64,000 bases of DNA, taken from NCBI GenBank assembly GCA_020057295.1, contig JAGVGF010000001.1, forward strand, positions 32,001 to 96,000, in the 5' to 3' direction. Position 1 is the first letter of the stretch. Each line of letters begins with the position of its first letter. The translations under genes were made by a program, and so were the position numbers. Shown here piece after piece: positions 31,759 to 41,180 of the stretch. Below the pieces are notes generated by a model, which saw nothing but the letters and a program-made list of their open reading frames with translations, was not told the DNA's origin and did no database searches. Origin of the DNA: an archaeon. GTDB taxonomy: Archaea > Nanobdellota > Nanobdellia > Woesearchaeales > UBA9642.

Positions 31759-32313
31759 TTACTTGTCATCTTCACTAAATATTTCAGCTCTAAAAGTATA
31801 TATTTTATTACTTAAATTCTTCCAATCATCTTTATCCATTCCAGCCTTTTCAGAAACAGATTCTAAAAATTTTTCAGGAGTAAATTTATACTCGACAGCA
31901 ACTTGCGGTAATAATAGTCCAGAACTACGACCTTGAATAATCAACCCATCTTTACCAATATTAATATTTTTCAGATATTCATCAGAAGATTTAGCCTTTA
32001 AAAGTTCTGGCCTCGTAAGTATTGATATTTCAATAACAATATCCTTTAATTCATCTTTACTTAATGGAGGAAATCTTGGATCATCAAAAGCTGCAGCTTT
32101 ACTAGCAGCAATAATTTGCTCATATAAAGGCATTACAGGTCTAGGAAACCCTATACAGCCACGAAGTTGATTATGTTTATGTAATGTCACAAAACATCCT
32201 CTAAGTTGTGTTAAATGCCCTATATTAGAAGTATCTGGATCAGTATCATTAAATGATGCTTCTAAAGTATTACGTGCTAACTTAAGAAGTAATGCTTGAT
32301 CTTTTTTGTTCAT
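31759..32313 (-). CDS. AMMECR1 domain protein (AmmeMemoRadiSam protein A)
   Basis: GCFVTL..QLRGCIG, AAFDDPRFPPL, GLLLPQVAVE. Confidence 0.95.
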   Translation of the reverse strand: MNKKDQALLLKLARNTLEASFNDTDPDTSNIGHLTQLRGCFVTLHKHNQLRGCIGFPRPVMPLYEQIIAASKAAAFDDPRFPPLSKDELKDIVIEISILTRPELLKAKSSDEYLKNINIGKDGLIIQGRSSGLLLPQVAVEYKFTPEKFLESVSEKAGMDKDDWKNLSNKIYTFRAEIFSEDDK

Positions 32314-32382
32314 AAAACTATAAATATCATGTAGTTTTTATAGGTTATGAATCATGCTAAAGTAAGCACAAAAAACTAGAAT

Positions 32383-32658
32383 TTATAATCTTATCTTCTT
32401 AAAATCTTCCAAGAAAGACTCATTCTTCTTCTCTAATCTTTTAACAGCATCAAGTAAAGCCTTTTCAGGATCCTTATCATCAGTCTCGACAATAAATCTT
32501 GGCACACCAATTAATGGATGTTCAACATTGTATGCTGAAACTTTTACAGCCTTATCGTTCCATAATTCCTTCTTTAAAGCTCCAGAAAATGTATGATCTG
32601 CACCAACTATATCAAATATTATCTTCTTTTTACCTTTCTCAATAACCTTTAATTCCAT
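32383..32658 (-). CDS. rpoL: DNA-directed RNA polymerase subunit Rpo11 (L)
   Basis: MELKVIE..DHTF..LKKEL..AYNVEHPL; true start likely 32658. Confidence 0.95.
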   Translation of the reverse strand: MELKVIEKGKKKIIFDIVGADHTFSGALKKELWNDKAVKVSAYNVEHPLIGVPRFIVETDDKDPEKALLDAVKRLEKKNESFLEDFKKIRL

Positions 32659-32691
32659 AATTATGAGGAAATAGGGTTTATTTATAAATGT

Positions 32692-32782
32692 TTTGAAACT
32701 CCGTCGACAGAGTTTCAAAGCCCAAAAATGCATGCATTTTTTATGTTTTCTTGAAGAAAACAGTTTCGAACAAAGTGAGAAA
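32692..32782. repeat. Cluster of intergenic hairpins/palindromes (REP-like)
   Basis: TTTGAAACTC-8nt-GAGTTTCAAA; AAAAATGCATGCATTTTT; TGTTTTC-TTGAA-GAAAACA followed by GTTTCGAACAAAGTGAGAAA, related to 41210-41250. Confidence 0.6.
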
Positions 32783-32853
32783 ATCTTACTATGAATGATT
32801 TTAAATGATAATCTTTAAAAAGAATATTAAAATCCTATTATTTGGGGGATTAA

Positions 32854-33372
32854 ATGTTCGACGATAAAAAATTGCGTGAAGCATTTGAAAAAATTAAAGA
32901 AGAACGTGATGAACATTTAGAGAGTATTAACGAATTAACAACAGAGTTACAATCAGCATTTGAATACATTTCTGGCCTCGAAAATAAGTACGAAAAGATT
33001 AAAGAAATTACTGATGAACTACAAATGTTCAAAAATAGTCTTCTATTAAACGACAAGTCTCACTTTTCAAATATTATATTAAGCTTGGATGAGCAGAAAT
33101 TGTTCTTAACACTATATGTTTTTGGGGAAAAAGAACCATTACAATATAAGTTTTTAACAAAGAAACTAGCTTTAGAAACAGATACAATAAAGATGTTATT
33201 ATCCTCTTTATTAGATAAAAAGATACCTATAACTAGAGAGAAGATAGGTTCAGAATGGCATTTTAATATAGATCCACGTTTCAGGGAGTTACAAACCAAA
33301 GAAAACCTTATAAAAATTCATGAATCTGTATCCAAAGGCATATATGAGAAGAGTTTGAAAAATTTCTTTTAA
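32854..33372 (+). CDS. Coiled-coil + putative winged-helix protein
   Basis: N-terminal coiled coil; LSLDEQKLFLTLY..LTKKLAL..IKMLLSSLLDKKIPI resembles a wHTH. Confidence 0.65.
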   Translation: MFDDKKLREAFEKIKEERDEHLESINELTTELQSAFEYISGLENKYEKIKEITDELQMFKNSLLLNDKSHFSNIILSLDEQKLFLTLYVFGEKEPLQYKFLTKKLALETDTIKMLLSSLLDKKIPITREKIGSEWHFNIDPRFRELQTKENLIKIHESVSKGIYEKSLKNFF

Positions 33373-33632
33373 ACACACTATTTTATGATGTCTCTATTTT
33401 TTTGTTTATATTCTCTTAATACTTTATAAAAAATAACTTATTATTTCTGATTAAAAGTTTTAGCTACTATCACTCACTTTATGTTTTATGTTTGTGCTTA
33501 ACAGTATAATTTTATTATATTTTATGCTCTATATTCGAAAAATATTATTTATTAGATTTTACTAAATTTTTCATGAATTTTTTTATAAAATTTTGTTTGA
33601 AATTTTTTCCTTAATTTAGTATATTGGATTAT

Positions 33633-33760
33633 CAATATATAGTATAAACAATATATTGTATTAGCAATAAATACAAAAAATTGAAAATAATTTACTTATT
33701 TATTTTATCGTCGATAAAAATCTTAAATAACAAAATATATAAATATGTCAATATATTGTA
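33633..33760. promoter_or_regulatory. Repeated palindromic operator CAATATATTG upstream of padR
   Basis: CAATATATTGTA at 33649-33660 and 33749-33760; variant CAATATATAGTA at 33633-33644. Confidence 0.6.
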
Positions 33761-33764
33761 AATT

Positions 33765-34100
33765 GTGAAAAAACAAAAAAATAACTCAAAAAAGTTAATA
33801 CCAAAATATATTGAATTAAAGGGTTTTCTAAGTTTTTTTATACTTCATGAACTCGACGATAGGCCTTCTTCTGGCGATGAACTTGCATTAGCTATCGGTG
33901 AGCGTAGAAACACTGTTTTAACACCTGGAACAATCTATCCAGCTTTGAAGCGTTTACGTCGACAAAAACTGATATTTTATCGTAGAAATGGCAGAAAAAA
34001 AGTATATGTTTTAACTGATCTTGGTAAAAAAGAGCTTAAAGCGCTATATGTTGTTTTTGCTGATTTTTTTAGTGGATTAAAAACAAAAATAAAGCGATAA
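33765..34100 (+). CDS. PadR family transcriptional regulator
   Basis: KGFLSFFILHEL..SGDEL..PGTIYPALKRL..RKKVYVLTDLGK. Confidence 0.93.
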   Translation: MKKQKNNSKKLIPKYIELKGFLSFFILHELDDRPSSGDELALAIGERRNTVLTPGTIYPALKRLRRQKLIFYRRNGRKKVYVLTDLGKKELKALYVVFADFFSGLKTKIKR

Positions 34101-34309
34101 ATTTTAGTTATTGATTAAATCCTTTAGTTTTTTGTTTTATTTATATTTGATTATATGTTTTAATCGAAAATTAAATATTTTGTGTTTAATTTTATGTTTT
34201 TTGATTAAATATTTTAATTAAAGATTAATATCTTTAGAATTAATTTTGTTATATTTGTGCTATTATATTTTAATCAAAAATTAAAAAATATAAGAAAAGT
34301 TATATTTAT

Positions 34310-34798
34310 TTATCTATGTTGTCTTAAATGACGTGGTGTTCCATATACTTGAGATTGTCTCATATAAGGATTAAAGTTATTATGTCTGTGTTGTCTAAAA
34401 CCTGCATTTCCTATGTTTATTCCTGCTGAAACATTGCCAAATCCGTCAGCATAAAAATATCCGCCGTCTCTGTGAATTAATCCTCTGCCTTGATAGAATG
34501 GACTTCCGCTAATGAATTCAACGTCGATCATTGGTACAGGAACGTATCTTACTATTGTTTCCTGGACTGGTTTGTCTATTGATTCTGTAGTTACTTTTGG
34601 TTGTGGTGCTGGTGTTGCTTGTATTTGTTTTGGATTACTTACATAATTGTTAATTGTAATATTAATAGGTTGAGTTACTGGTTGATTATGCGGTATAGAA
34701 TGATAATGTGGTCTACAACTAAATAGTGCAAATGCTAATAAACCTGCTCCACAAACTGCAGCTCCTGCAAAACCGTATTTTATAGCTTGATCATCCAT
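34310..34798 (-). CDS. Membrane-anchored Pro/Gln-rich hypothetical protein
   Basis: N-terminal hydrophobic helix ending ALFSC (possible lipobox), then a low-complexity linker. Confidence 0.6.
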   Translation of the reverse strand: MDDQAIKYGFAGAAVCGAGLLAFALFSCRPHYHSIPHNQPVTQPINITINNYVSNPKQIQATPAPQPKVTTESIDKPVQETIVRYVPVPMIDVEFISGSPFYQGRGLIHRDGGYFYADGFGNVSAGINIGNAGFRQHRHNNFNPYMRQSQVYGTPRHLRQHR

Positions 34799-35036
34799 AA
34801 TTATTCCCTCTATAAGTATATAAAGCATAACTAGTATTTAAATTTTACGATTTTATAGTGACAACACTATTTTTATTGTTTAATATGTTGTGATTAAATT
34901 ATTTAATCAAATCTAGAAATATTTATCTTGCTTTGTTAATATTTATCTGCTTAAATTATTTAGTTTTTTATTAAATTATTTATTCTTATTTTTTGTTGTT
35001 TTAACTGTTATTTTGCTATTATTCGAAAAATTTATA

Positions 35037-35056
35037 TACTTAGGGTTCCCTAAGTA
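35037..35056. promoter_or_regulatory. Perfect inverted repeat with 2-bp centre upstream of the recombinase (candidate crossover/operator site)
   Basis: TACTTAGGG-TT-CCCTAAGTA overlapping the 3' end of a TATA-like TTTATATA. Confidence 0.6.
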
Positions 35057-35093
35057 AACAAAATACTTGTTTTATCAGTAGCAAAGGTGAGTT

Positions 35094-36323
35094 ATGGCAC
35101 GAAAATCTGTTGTAATTTCTCAAGGTATGGGCCGAAAACCAAAAGCTGCGATTTATATTAGAGTTAGTACTGCCGAACAAGCTAAAGAAGGATATAGTTT
35201 GGGGGCTCAAGAAGAATCATTAACAGGATATGTTAAAAATATGAATTATGATATTTACAAGATCTATAAAGATGAAGGAAAATCTGCTAAAGATATGAAA
35301 CATAGGCCAGCATTGCAACAATTGCTTAAAGATGCTGAAAATAAACAGTTTAATGCAGTAATAGTATATAAGCTTGATAGATTTAGTAGAAGCTTAAAAG
35401 ATTTAATCTTAACTATTGAGAAACTTAAAGACATTGGAATAGATTTTATTTCATTACAAGACAAGATAGAAACGGCAAGTGCGGCTGGTAAATTAATGTT
35501 TCACATAATTTCATCATTCGCAGAATTCGAGCGAGACATAATCAGTGAAAGAACAAAATTTGGAATGTCAGAAAAAGCACGTGAAGGCGGCACAGTAACT
35601 AAAGCAGCATATGGCTATAAAATTGTTGATGGCAATATCATATCAGATCCTGAAAAGTGTGATAAACTGAGAGAAATATTCGAGACATACCTAAATAATA
35701 ATATAAGTCTAAGTAAATTGGCAATAAAATACGATTTAACAACAAAAGGATTAATCAGTATATTAAAAAATCGTACATACATTGGAGAATTACGTTTTAA
35801 CGACATATATTCTAAAGGACAACATGATTCAATACTATCAAAAGAGTTATTCGATAGTGTACAATTGAAGCTAGATTCAACACTTTATCATAGAGAGAAT
35901 ATTAAATATAGCAATTTACTACAAAAACTTTCCAAAAAAACGTTACAAAAGGAATATATGGAAAAATTTACCTCTTTATTATCAAAAAAGATTATAAGCA
36001 TGAACGTAGTTGACATATCCGTAGATTCTGATGAAGATTTATCCAAGTTTTCAGAACCAAAAAAATTAAAATGCGCTGGACAAAAATATTTATTAGATCA
36101 AGGATTTAATAGTAAAGATATATCATTTGATAGAGTTTTTATCAATGCTGATAAAGCAGATATATGCGGTATAAACGGCAATCATAAGACTTATTTATAT
36201 CACAATACGGAAAGTTTAAATGATTTTTTAAGGTATATTTCCGAACATATCATTGTAGGTTTTTTACAAGAAAGTGAGGATAAGATAATGCTTTACACTT
36301 TTAGAAAAGAACTAGAATTCTAA
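35094..36323 (+). CDS. Serine recombinase (resolvase catalytic domain + recombinase DNA-binding domain + extra C-terminal domain)
   Basis: AAIYIRVSTAEQ (catalytic Ser), VYKLDRFSRSLKD, FAEFERDIISERT, YGY, ILKNRTYIG..H..ILSKELFDSVQ. Confidence 0.93.
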   Translation: MARKSVVISQGMGRKPKAAIYIRVSTAEQAKEGYSLGAQEESLTGYVKNMNYDIYKIYKDEGKSAKDMKHRPALQQLLKDAENKQFNAVIVYKLDRFSRSLKDLILTIEKLKDIGIDFISLQDKIETASAAGKLMFHIISSFAEFERDIISERTKFGMSEKAREGGTVTKAAYGYKIVDGNIISDPEKCDKLREIFETYLNNNISLSKLAIKYDLTTKGLISILKNRTYIGELRFNDIYSKGQHDSILSKELFDSVQLKLDSTLYHRENIKYSNLLQKLSKKTLQKEYMEKFTSLLSKKIISMNVVDISVDSDEDLSKFSEPKKLKCAGQKYLLDQGFNSKDISFDRVFINADKADICGINGNHKTYLYHNTESLNDFLRYISEHIIVGFLQESEDKIMLYTFRKELEF

Positions 36324-36991
36324 CCTTGTGGCAATAATAAGCCTAATTTGTTAAAAATAGCTTTAGGTGTTCTTTTGTTTGTACCGGACATTTTACCAAT
36401 CCATGTTTCGAGTGCATCCCTATTTTTTAAGAATTGTTGAGACATCGCCGCGCGATCTTTACATCCTTCAAGCGTCATTAACAATTCGTAATAATACTCA
36501 TATTTTATACCTAATTGTGATATATCTTCACCCACACCCTTAATTTTACGATCTTTATCATTAAGTAGTTTACCTGCTTCATCAATAACTTTTAATCCAT
36601 TAATTTGATTAGCAGTAACCAGTTTAACTATGTTATTAAGTATAGTATTTTTAGGATGTTTTTGCATATATTTTACAGTTTCTAAACGTAATTTTTCACC
36701 AGAAGACTTAAACTCTTTAACTATAGTACCAAGTACATTTTGTAGTTCATTATCAGAACCTACACTAGGAGTAACATATATCAATTCTGGTAATTCCTTA
36801 ATTTTTTCAATACCCTTATTCTTTAATTCATCCATTAAAACTGAAAATCTACCTTTAAACTTTTCATCTTTAGTTTTTGATAATGATAATTCTACATTCT
36901 TTAACATCTTAATCTTACATTCTTCTAATGTCTTAGTGCGTAAGTTATTAATATCTTTCAAAGTTTCTTTTATAGTTTTTGTGTTAGCCAT
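36320..36991 (-). CDS. Hypothetical soluble helical protein, last gene of the membrane-protein operon
   Basis: ATG 4 bp after the stop of 36996-38408; stop overlaps the recombinase stop. Confidence 0.7.
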   Translation of the reverse strand: MANTKTIKETLKDINNLRTKTLEECKIKMLKNVELSLSKTKDEKFKGRFSVLMDELKNKGIEKIKELPELIYVTPSVGSDNELQNVLGTIVKEFKSSGEKLRLETVKYMQKHPKNTILNNIVKLVTANQINGLKVIDEAGKLLNDKDRKIKGVGEDISQLGIKYEYYYELLMTLEGCKDRAAMSQQFLKNRDALETWIGKMSGTNKRTPKAIFNKLGLLLPQG

Positions 36992-36995
36992 TTTA

Positions 36996-38408
36996 TTATT
37001 GCCTGAACGGATTGTTTGGTAGTGGAGCATTGTTATTATTATATGCTGCTCCAAATTGTTGATAATATATCATGAATGCATTACACATAAATGCAAATCT
37101 TTGGAATGCTATATAAATTACTTCTAAGTCTTGAGCTGTCAGGTTAGGATATGTTGGATCATTAAACAAATTATTCATACCTTGATTAAAATCTGCAATA
37201 CCATTAATTAATCTATCATGCAAGTCATGTAAAGCAGTCCACATTTGAGGATCTTCAACCCTGTTTTGTACTTGTCCACGATGTAATTGTACTAATAATC
37301 TAGATAAATCAGCATATTCTGAAGCCCTGGCTTGTAAAATTGTTAATAATCTGTTTAATGCTTCAATTCTATTATTAGCAGCTTGAGGTGCATCAATAAA
37401 AAATAGTAAGTTGGCACGGACTAAAACAGTGTCAGTATTTGGTTGATAAGCAGTTATTTCTATCATGTAACCACCAGTATTGACAAGATTATTGAACGGT
37501 GCGTAATTAATTGTTTGTCCATTAACATTTCTAACTCTACCGCTATGATCTTGATTATTTAATCTAACATTATAATCAAAATTTGCGGCAAATCCTTGAC
37601 CAGCAACATTAAAACTTACAGGAATATTAGTTCTAGGAAGATGATGTGAATAAGCTTGAGGACTAGTAATAGTTAATGTGTTATTATTATTTGTACCAAC
37701 TCCTGTACCACCAAGATTTCCTTGTGGTCCAACAGGTCCAAGATTGCCTGCAGGTCCTACTTGTCCTGCCGCTCCCTGAGGTCCTTGTGGTCCGGTAGGG
37801 CCAGTTGTTGATCCAGTTCCAGCACCACCAAATAATTTAAACATTTGAATAAGTAAATATATGAATGCAGTTATAGCGGCTAAAGCTAATACTCCGGATA
37901 ATAAAGGAACATTTTGGTCTATCCATTGATATAATCTACCAAAAGGTACAACCATTAAACCGTAAATTATGAGATATGTTAACGATGCACTAACATTCTT
38001 AGCATTATCGCCAGTAAATAACCCGAGCAATAAATTATATAGTAACATGGCCAGTATTAATAAAAATACTATTAAAGCTATAGGTTCAAGTTTTCCTAGA
38101 TAGAAACTAGTATATGTTTCAAGCATAACCATTGAAAATGTTAATGCTAAAGCTACAGCAACGGCAATAGTTTTTGCCTCTTTTTTATTATTTGCAAAAG
38201 CCTTTAAGAATGCAATTTGTCCTATACTTAAGAATAGTAAGAAATATATTATTGCATCAATAAATTCATAAAATCGCATGTAAAATCCTGCTATATCTAA
38301 TCCACTAAATGGATGAAGAATAGAAATTAGATCAAAAGTTAAAGCGTACGCAGAACTACTTAAGATCAAAATCGAAAATATATATAATGATAACTTGCGA
38401 ATATTCAT
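36996..38408 (-). CDS. Multi-TM protein with collagen-like G-X-Y repeats, Ig-like and helical C-terminal domains
   Basis: N-terminal hydrophobic segment plus ~5 TM; TGPTGPQGPQGAAGQVGPAGNLGPVGPQGNLG; TM domain paralogous to 38418-40373. Confidence 0.8.
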   Translation of the reverse strand: MNIRKLSLYIFSILILSSSAYALTFDLISILHPFSGLDIAGFYMRFYEFIDAIIYFLLFLSIGQIAFLKAFANNKKEAKTIAVAVALALTFSMVMLETYTSFYLGKLEPIALIVFLLILAMLLYNLLLGLFTGDNAKNVSASLTYLIIYGLMVVPFGRLYQWIDQNVPLLSGVLALAAITAFIYLLIQMFKLFGGAGTGSTTGPTGPQGPQGAAGQVGPAGNLGPVGPQGNLGGTGVGTNNNNTLTITSPQAYSHHLPRTNIPVSFNVAGQGFAANFDYNVRLNNQDHSGRVRNVNGQTINYAPFNNLVNTGGYMIEITAYQPNTDTVLVRANLLFFIDAPQAANNRIEALNRLLTILQARASEYADLSRLLVQLHRGQVQNRVEDPQMWTALHDLHDRLINGIADFNQGMNNLFNDPTYPNLTAQDLEVIYIAFQRFAFMCNAFMIYYQQFGAAYNNNNAPLPNNPFRQ

Positions 38409-38417
38409 ATTACTTGT

Positions 38418-40373
38418 TTATGGTTTCTTTTTACGAGCGTTTTTTATGACTAATTCTTGACGTTTCTGTATAGCATTAACTAAATCACTAGCAAATTTAG
38501 TTAATAGTTTTTGGTTGTTTTGATTGATTTTAGTAATCTTAGTTTTTCTATCAACTGTGCTAAAATTCTTGATAAATTTATTAGCAGCTTTTATGAATTC
38601 CAATAATTCAATTCTTGTCTTATTAGTTTTCTTTGGTATTTGTGTAATAATTATACTTTCTTCCGCACCTACTGCAGCAACAAATGGATTAAGATTTATC
38701 GTTGCAGGATCAATGTTAGGATCCATAATAAGCTTTTTAGCTACATTGTTCATTAAATTATTAGCTACTTCGTCAAACAATTTATCTTCAGCAGCATACA
38801 ATTTGAATATTTCATCTTCTATTTTATCTATGAATGCTGGATACTTCTTAACTAAATCTGTTTCCGTTGTTAATAACTCTTTAACTCTTTCGCGTTTTCT
38901 AGTTAGCATTATAGCATTACTAGTTTCGATAGCTACTATCTCTTGAGTTCTACCTCTAATTTTTTTCAGATATTTTTCCACTTCGGATAATGTCTGATCT
39001 CTAATAAGAGAGAATTTTATAGGATTTATAGTTTTTTTTGCGACATCAACCATACTGATGTTTGTTAATGGATCAGTAGTTAGTAGATTTACAATTTTAT
39101 TGATGTCTTTAAGATTTTCATTATCAACATCTTGCATACGTTTAGTTTGGTCTATTATAGTTTTCTCGCTATCCTTTACAATAATATCTTCCTGTAATTC
39201 TAAGTTAACTTCTTTATTTAAATTGTTAAAATCTGCTAGCAATGTAGGATATATTGGTGTACCCTTAAGTTCATCTATATCCTCTTGAATATCTTTTATT
39301 ATTGCGTTATTTTCATTGAATAATTTTTCAACATCTTCTTTGAATTCTTTATCTATTGTAGATAGCGTAGTATCGGTATCTTTTTTACATTTCTCAATAG
39401 ATTTTTGTAAATTTAGAACTGTATCTTTTAATTTAGTTGTATAATTTCGTAATGTGTCAGAATAAGTTTGTAATTGTGACTGATATTGTGCATATGCTGG
39501 ATTAGATGTGTTATTATGTATTTGTTGAATTGCCTTCTGTAACTTCCAAGCGTTTTGCAATGAAATTTCTAGTTGTTGTAATAGTTTAACTTGTTCATCT
39601 CGGCTTAATTTATCATTACTCTCAAATCTTTCTTCTAAATTTTCCAAGTTCTGAATTTTACCTTCTAGCTGTTGCACATCATAATCTAAACTGTTAACTT
39701 TGTTTGCAAACTTTTGTTCTTTCTCTAATTGTTTTCTTCTACGTTTCTCTTCGCTACGTTCATTATTTTCTGCTCTTCCTAATTGTGTACTTCCGCTCCT
39801 GAAACCTTTGAATATTGCGCCTATGCCTATTATTAGTCCGATTAGCGCGATGATGAAACATGCATTCCATATTCCAGAAAGGAGTGATTGACTTTCAATG
39901 TATTCTTTTAATTTTGGAGCCATCCAAGTCACAAGTATATACATTGTAATAAATCCTACTGAGAATGCTGCAAGTTTACTTCCACCAAGATTTTTAGTCC
40001 ACGTATATACGCCAATACCGAATATTAAGAAGAATATTAATGCTGCAAATGGTGCTAACATTCCAAGATTGAATCCTGATTGTCTCTCAAATATTGCCAT
40101 TCCAATACCGAGTATTACTCCGATGATTATAGGTATGGTCTTATGTTCTTTGAATTTTTCACCAAGTGCACTATTGGCTACACCGATAAATAGTATAAAA
40201 TATAATACTGCATCAATGAATGGTGCATATCTAAAATATGTTTGAGCAATATCTACATTTTTAGCTATAGGTTCGAGAATTTTATCTAATAAATTTGTTG
40301 CACCGAAAACGAGAGGTATAGAGAATAATACTATTAGTGCCATTATTGGCAGTACACGAAAATTTTTACGCAT
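38418..40373 (-). CDS. Multi-TM protein with long C-terminal coiled coil
   Basis: YAPFIDAVLYFILF TM domain followed by ~450 aa of heptad-rich helix; GAGGTGGAG SD. Confidence 0.8.
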   Translation of the reverse strand: MRKNFRVLPIMALIVLFSIPLVFGATNLLDKILEPIAKNVDIAQTYFRYAPFIDAVLYFILFIGVANSALGEKFKEHKTIPIIIGVILGIGMAIFERQSGFNLGMLAPFAALIFFLIFGIGVYTWTKNLGGSKLAAFSVGFITMYILVTWMAPKLKEYIESQSLLSGIWNACFIIALIGLIIGIGAIFKGFRSGSTQLGRAENNERSEEKRRRKQLEKEQKFANKVNSLDYDVQQLEGKIQNLENLEERFESNDKLSRDEQVKLLQQLEISLQNAWKLQKAIQQIHNNTSNPAYAQYQSQLQTYSDTLRNYTTKLKDTVLNLQKSIEKCKKDTDTTLSTIDKEFKEDVEKLFNENNAIIKDIQEDIDELKGTPIYPTLLADFNNLNKEVNLELQEDIIVKDSEKTIIDQTKRMQDVDNENLKDINKIVNLLTTDPLTNISMVDVAKKTINPIKFSLIRDQTLSEVEKYLKKIRGRTQEIVAIETSNAIMLTRKRERVKELLTTETDLVKKYPAFIDKIEDEIFKLYAAEDKLFDEVANNLMNNVAKKLIMDPNIDPATINLNPFVAAVGAEESIIITQIPKKTNKTRIELLEFIKAANKFIKNFSTVDRKTKITKINQNNQKLLTKFASDLVNAIQKRQELVIKNARKKKP

Positions 40374-40419
40374 TCAACTCCACCTCGACATTTCAATCTA
40401 TTTTTAAAACTTAAAAAAA

Positions 40420-40839
40420 TTATTTAACAATTGCTGGACATCCATTCATTGGTAATGTTTTAATAAATGGTATTGAACATAATGCCATCTCCCAAGCGAA
40501 TGGTGCAATCATTATTAGTACTGCGATAGTTAATGTATGTGGTAACTTTTCGCCAACTCTGCCTGCTACAGCTGCAGCTGCACTAATTTTAATGGCAGCG
40601 ATTATACCAATTAATACTCTTATTCCTATAGTAATCCAAATACTCGGAGTCCACTTGAATAAGCTAGTGACGTAACCGATGTTCATACTGATAAAAATAA
40701 ATACAAACATGATAGGAATTGCGTGTAGTGCATGTCCTAACGGATGCATTCCAGCTTCATCTTGATGAACAAATATTATTTCAAGAATTGCTAGTATTAA
40801 GCCTATAATTATAACTGGTATTATAACAATATCTGCCAT
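40420..40839 (-). CDS. Small 4-TM membrane protein with His/acidic motif
   Basis: LEIIFVHQDEAGMHPLGHALHA; GGGTGA SD. Confidence 0.75.
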   Translation of the reverse strand: MADIVIIPVIIIGLILAILEIIFVHQDEAGMHPLGHALHAIPIMFVFIFISMNIGYVTSLFKWTPSIWITIGIRVLIGIIAAIKISAAAAVAGRVGEKLPHTLTIAVLIMIAPFAWEMALCSIPFIKTLPMNGCPAIVK

Positions 40840-40925
40840 ACGTAATCACCCATTAGTTTTTTAATAAAATCTAGAGTGAGATATATATAAAGCTTTCTAT
40901 TTTTGTGCGAGAAATGTTATATAAT

Positions 40926-41180
40926 TTATTCTATTTTTACTTTCTGACCGATAGATTGTCCAGGCATTGCTTGAGTAAAGACTGCTCTTAACGCTCCACT
41001 ATTACCGTGTATAGCATTAATTTTACCAACAATATCTTTTTTACCTGTATTGAATATTACTTTCTTACCAACAAGTTTACTTGCCTTATCCTTAGAATCT
41101 ATTTCAGCTACTTTAACAACTAAATGATTATTAGTCTGACCAGTGCTGTTTCGACGATAGTTAACGATTGTTCCTTCCAT
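40926..41180 (-). CDS. rpl35ae: 50S ribosomal protein L35Ae (eL33)
   Basis: G.IVNYRR..Q..A.KLVGKKV..GKI.A.HGNSGALRA.F..MPGQSIG. Confidence 0.95.
   Translation of the reverse strand: MEGTIVNYRRNSTGQTNNHLVVKVAEIDSKDKASKLVGKKVIFNTGKKDIVGKINAIHGNSGALRAVFTQAMPGQSIGQKVKIE

Noticed and set aside
32659-32733. N-terminal extension of RpoL in the ORF track
   Set aside because: Runs through the promoter and hairpin region; homology begins at MELKVIE
33373-35090. Replication origin
   Set aside because: AT-rich, but no ORB-like repeats with G-strings and no orc1/cdc6 gene seen
36992-37054. Upstream start of the 244-aa ORF
   Set aside because: Overlaps the preceding gene by 59 bp; ATG at 36991 fits operon spacing better
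33765-40839. Prophage or integrative element around the serine recombinase
   Set aside because: No structural, replication or conjugation genes and no convincing flanking direct repeats; the ACACTATTTT matches at ~33375 and ~34864 are short and AT-rich
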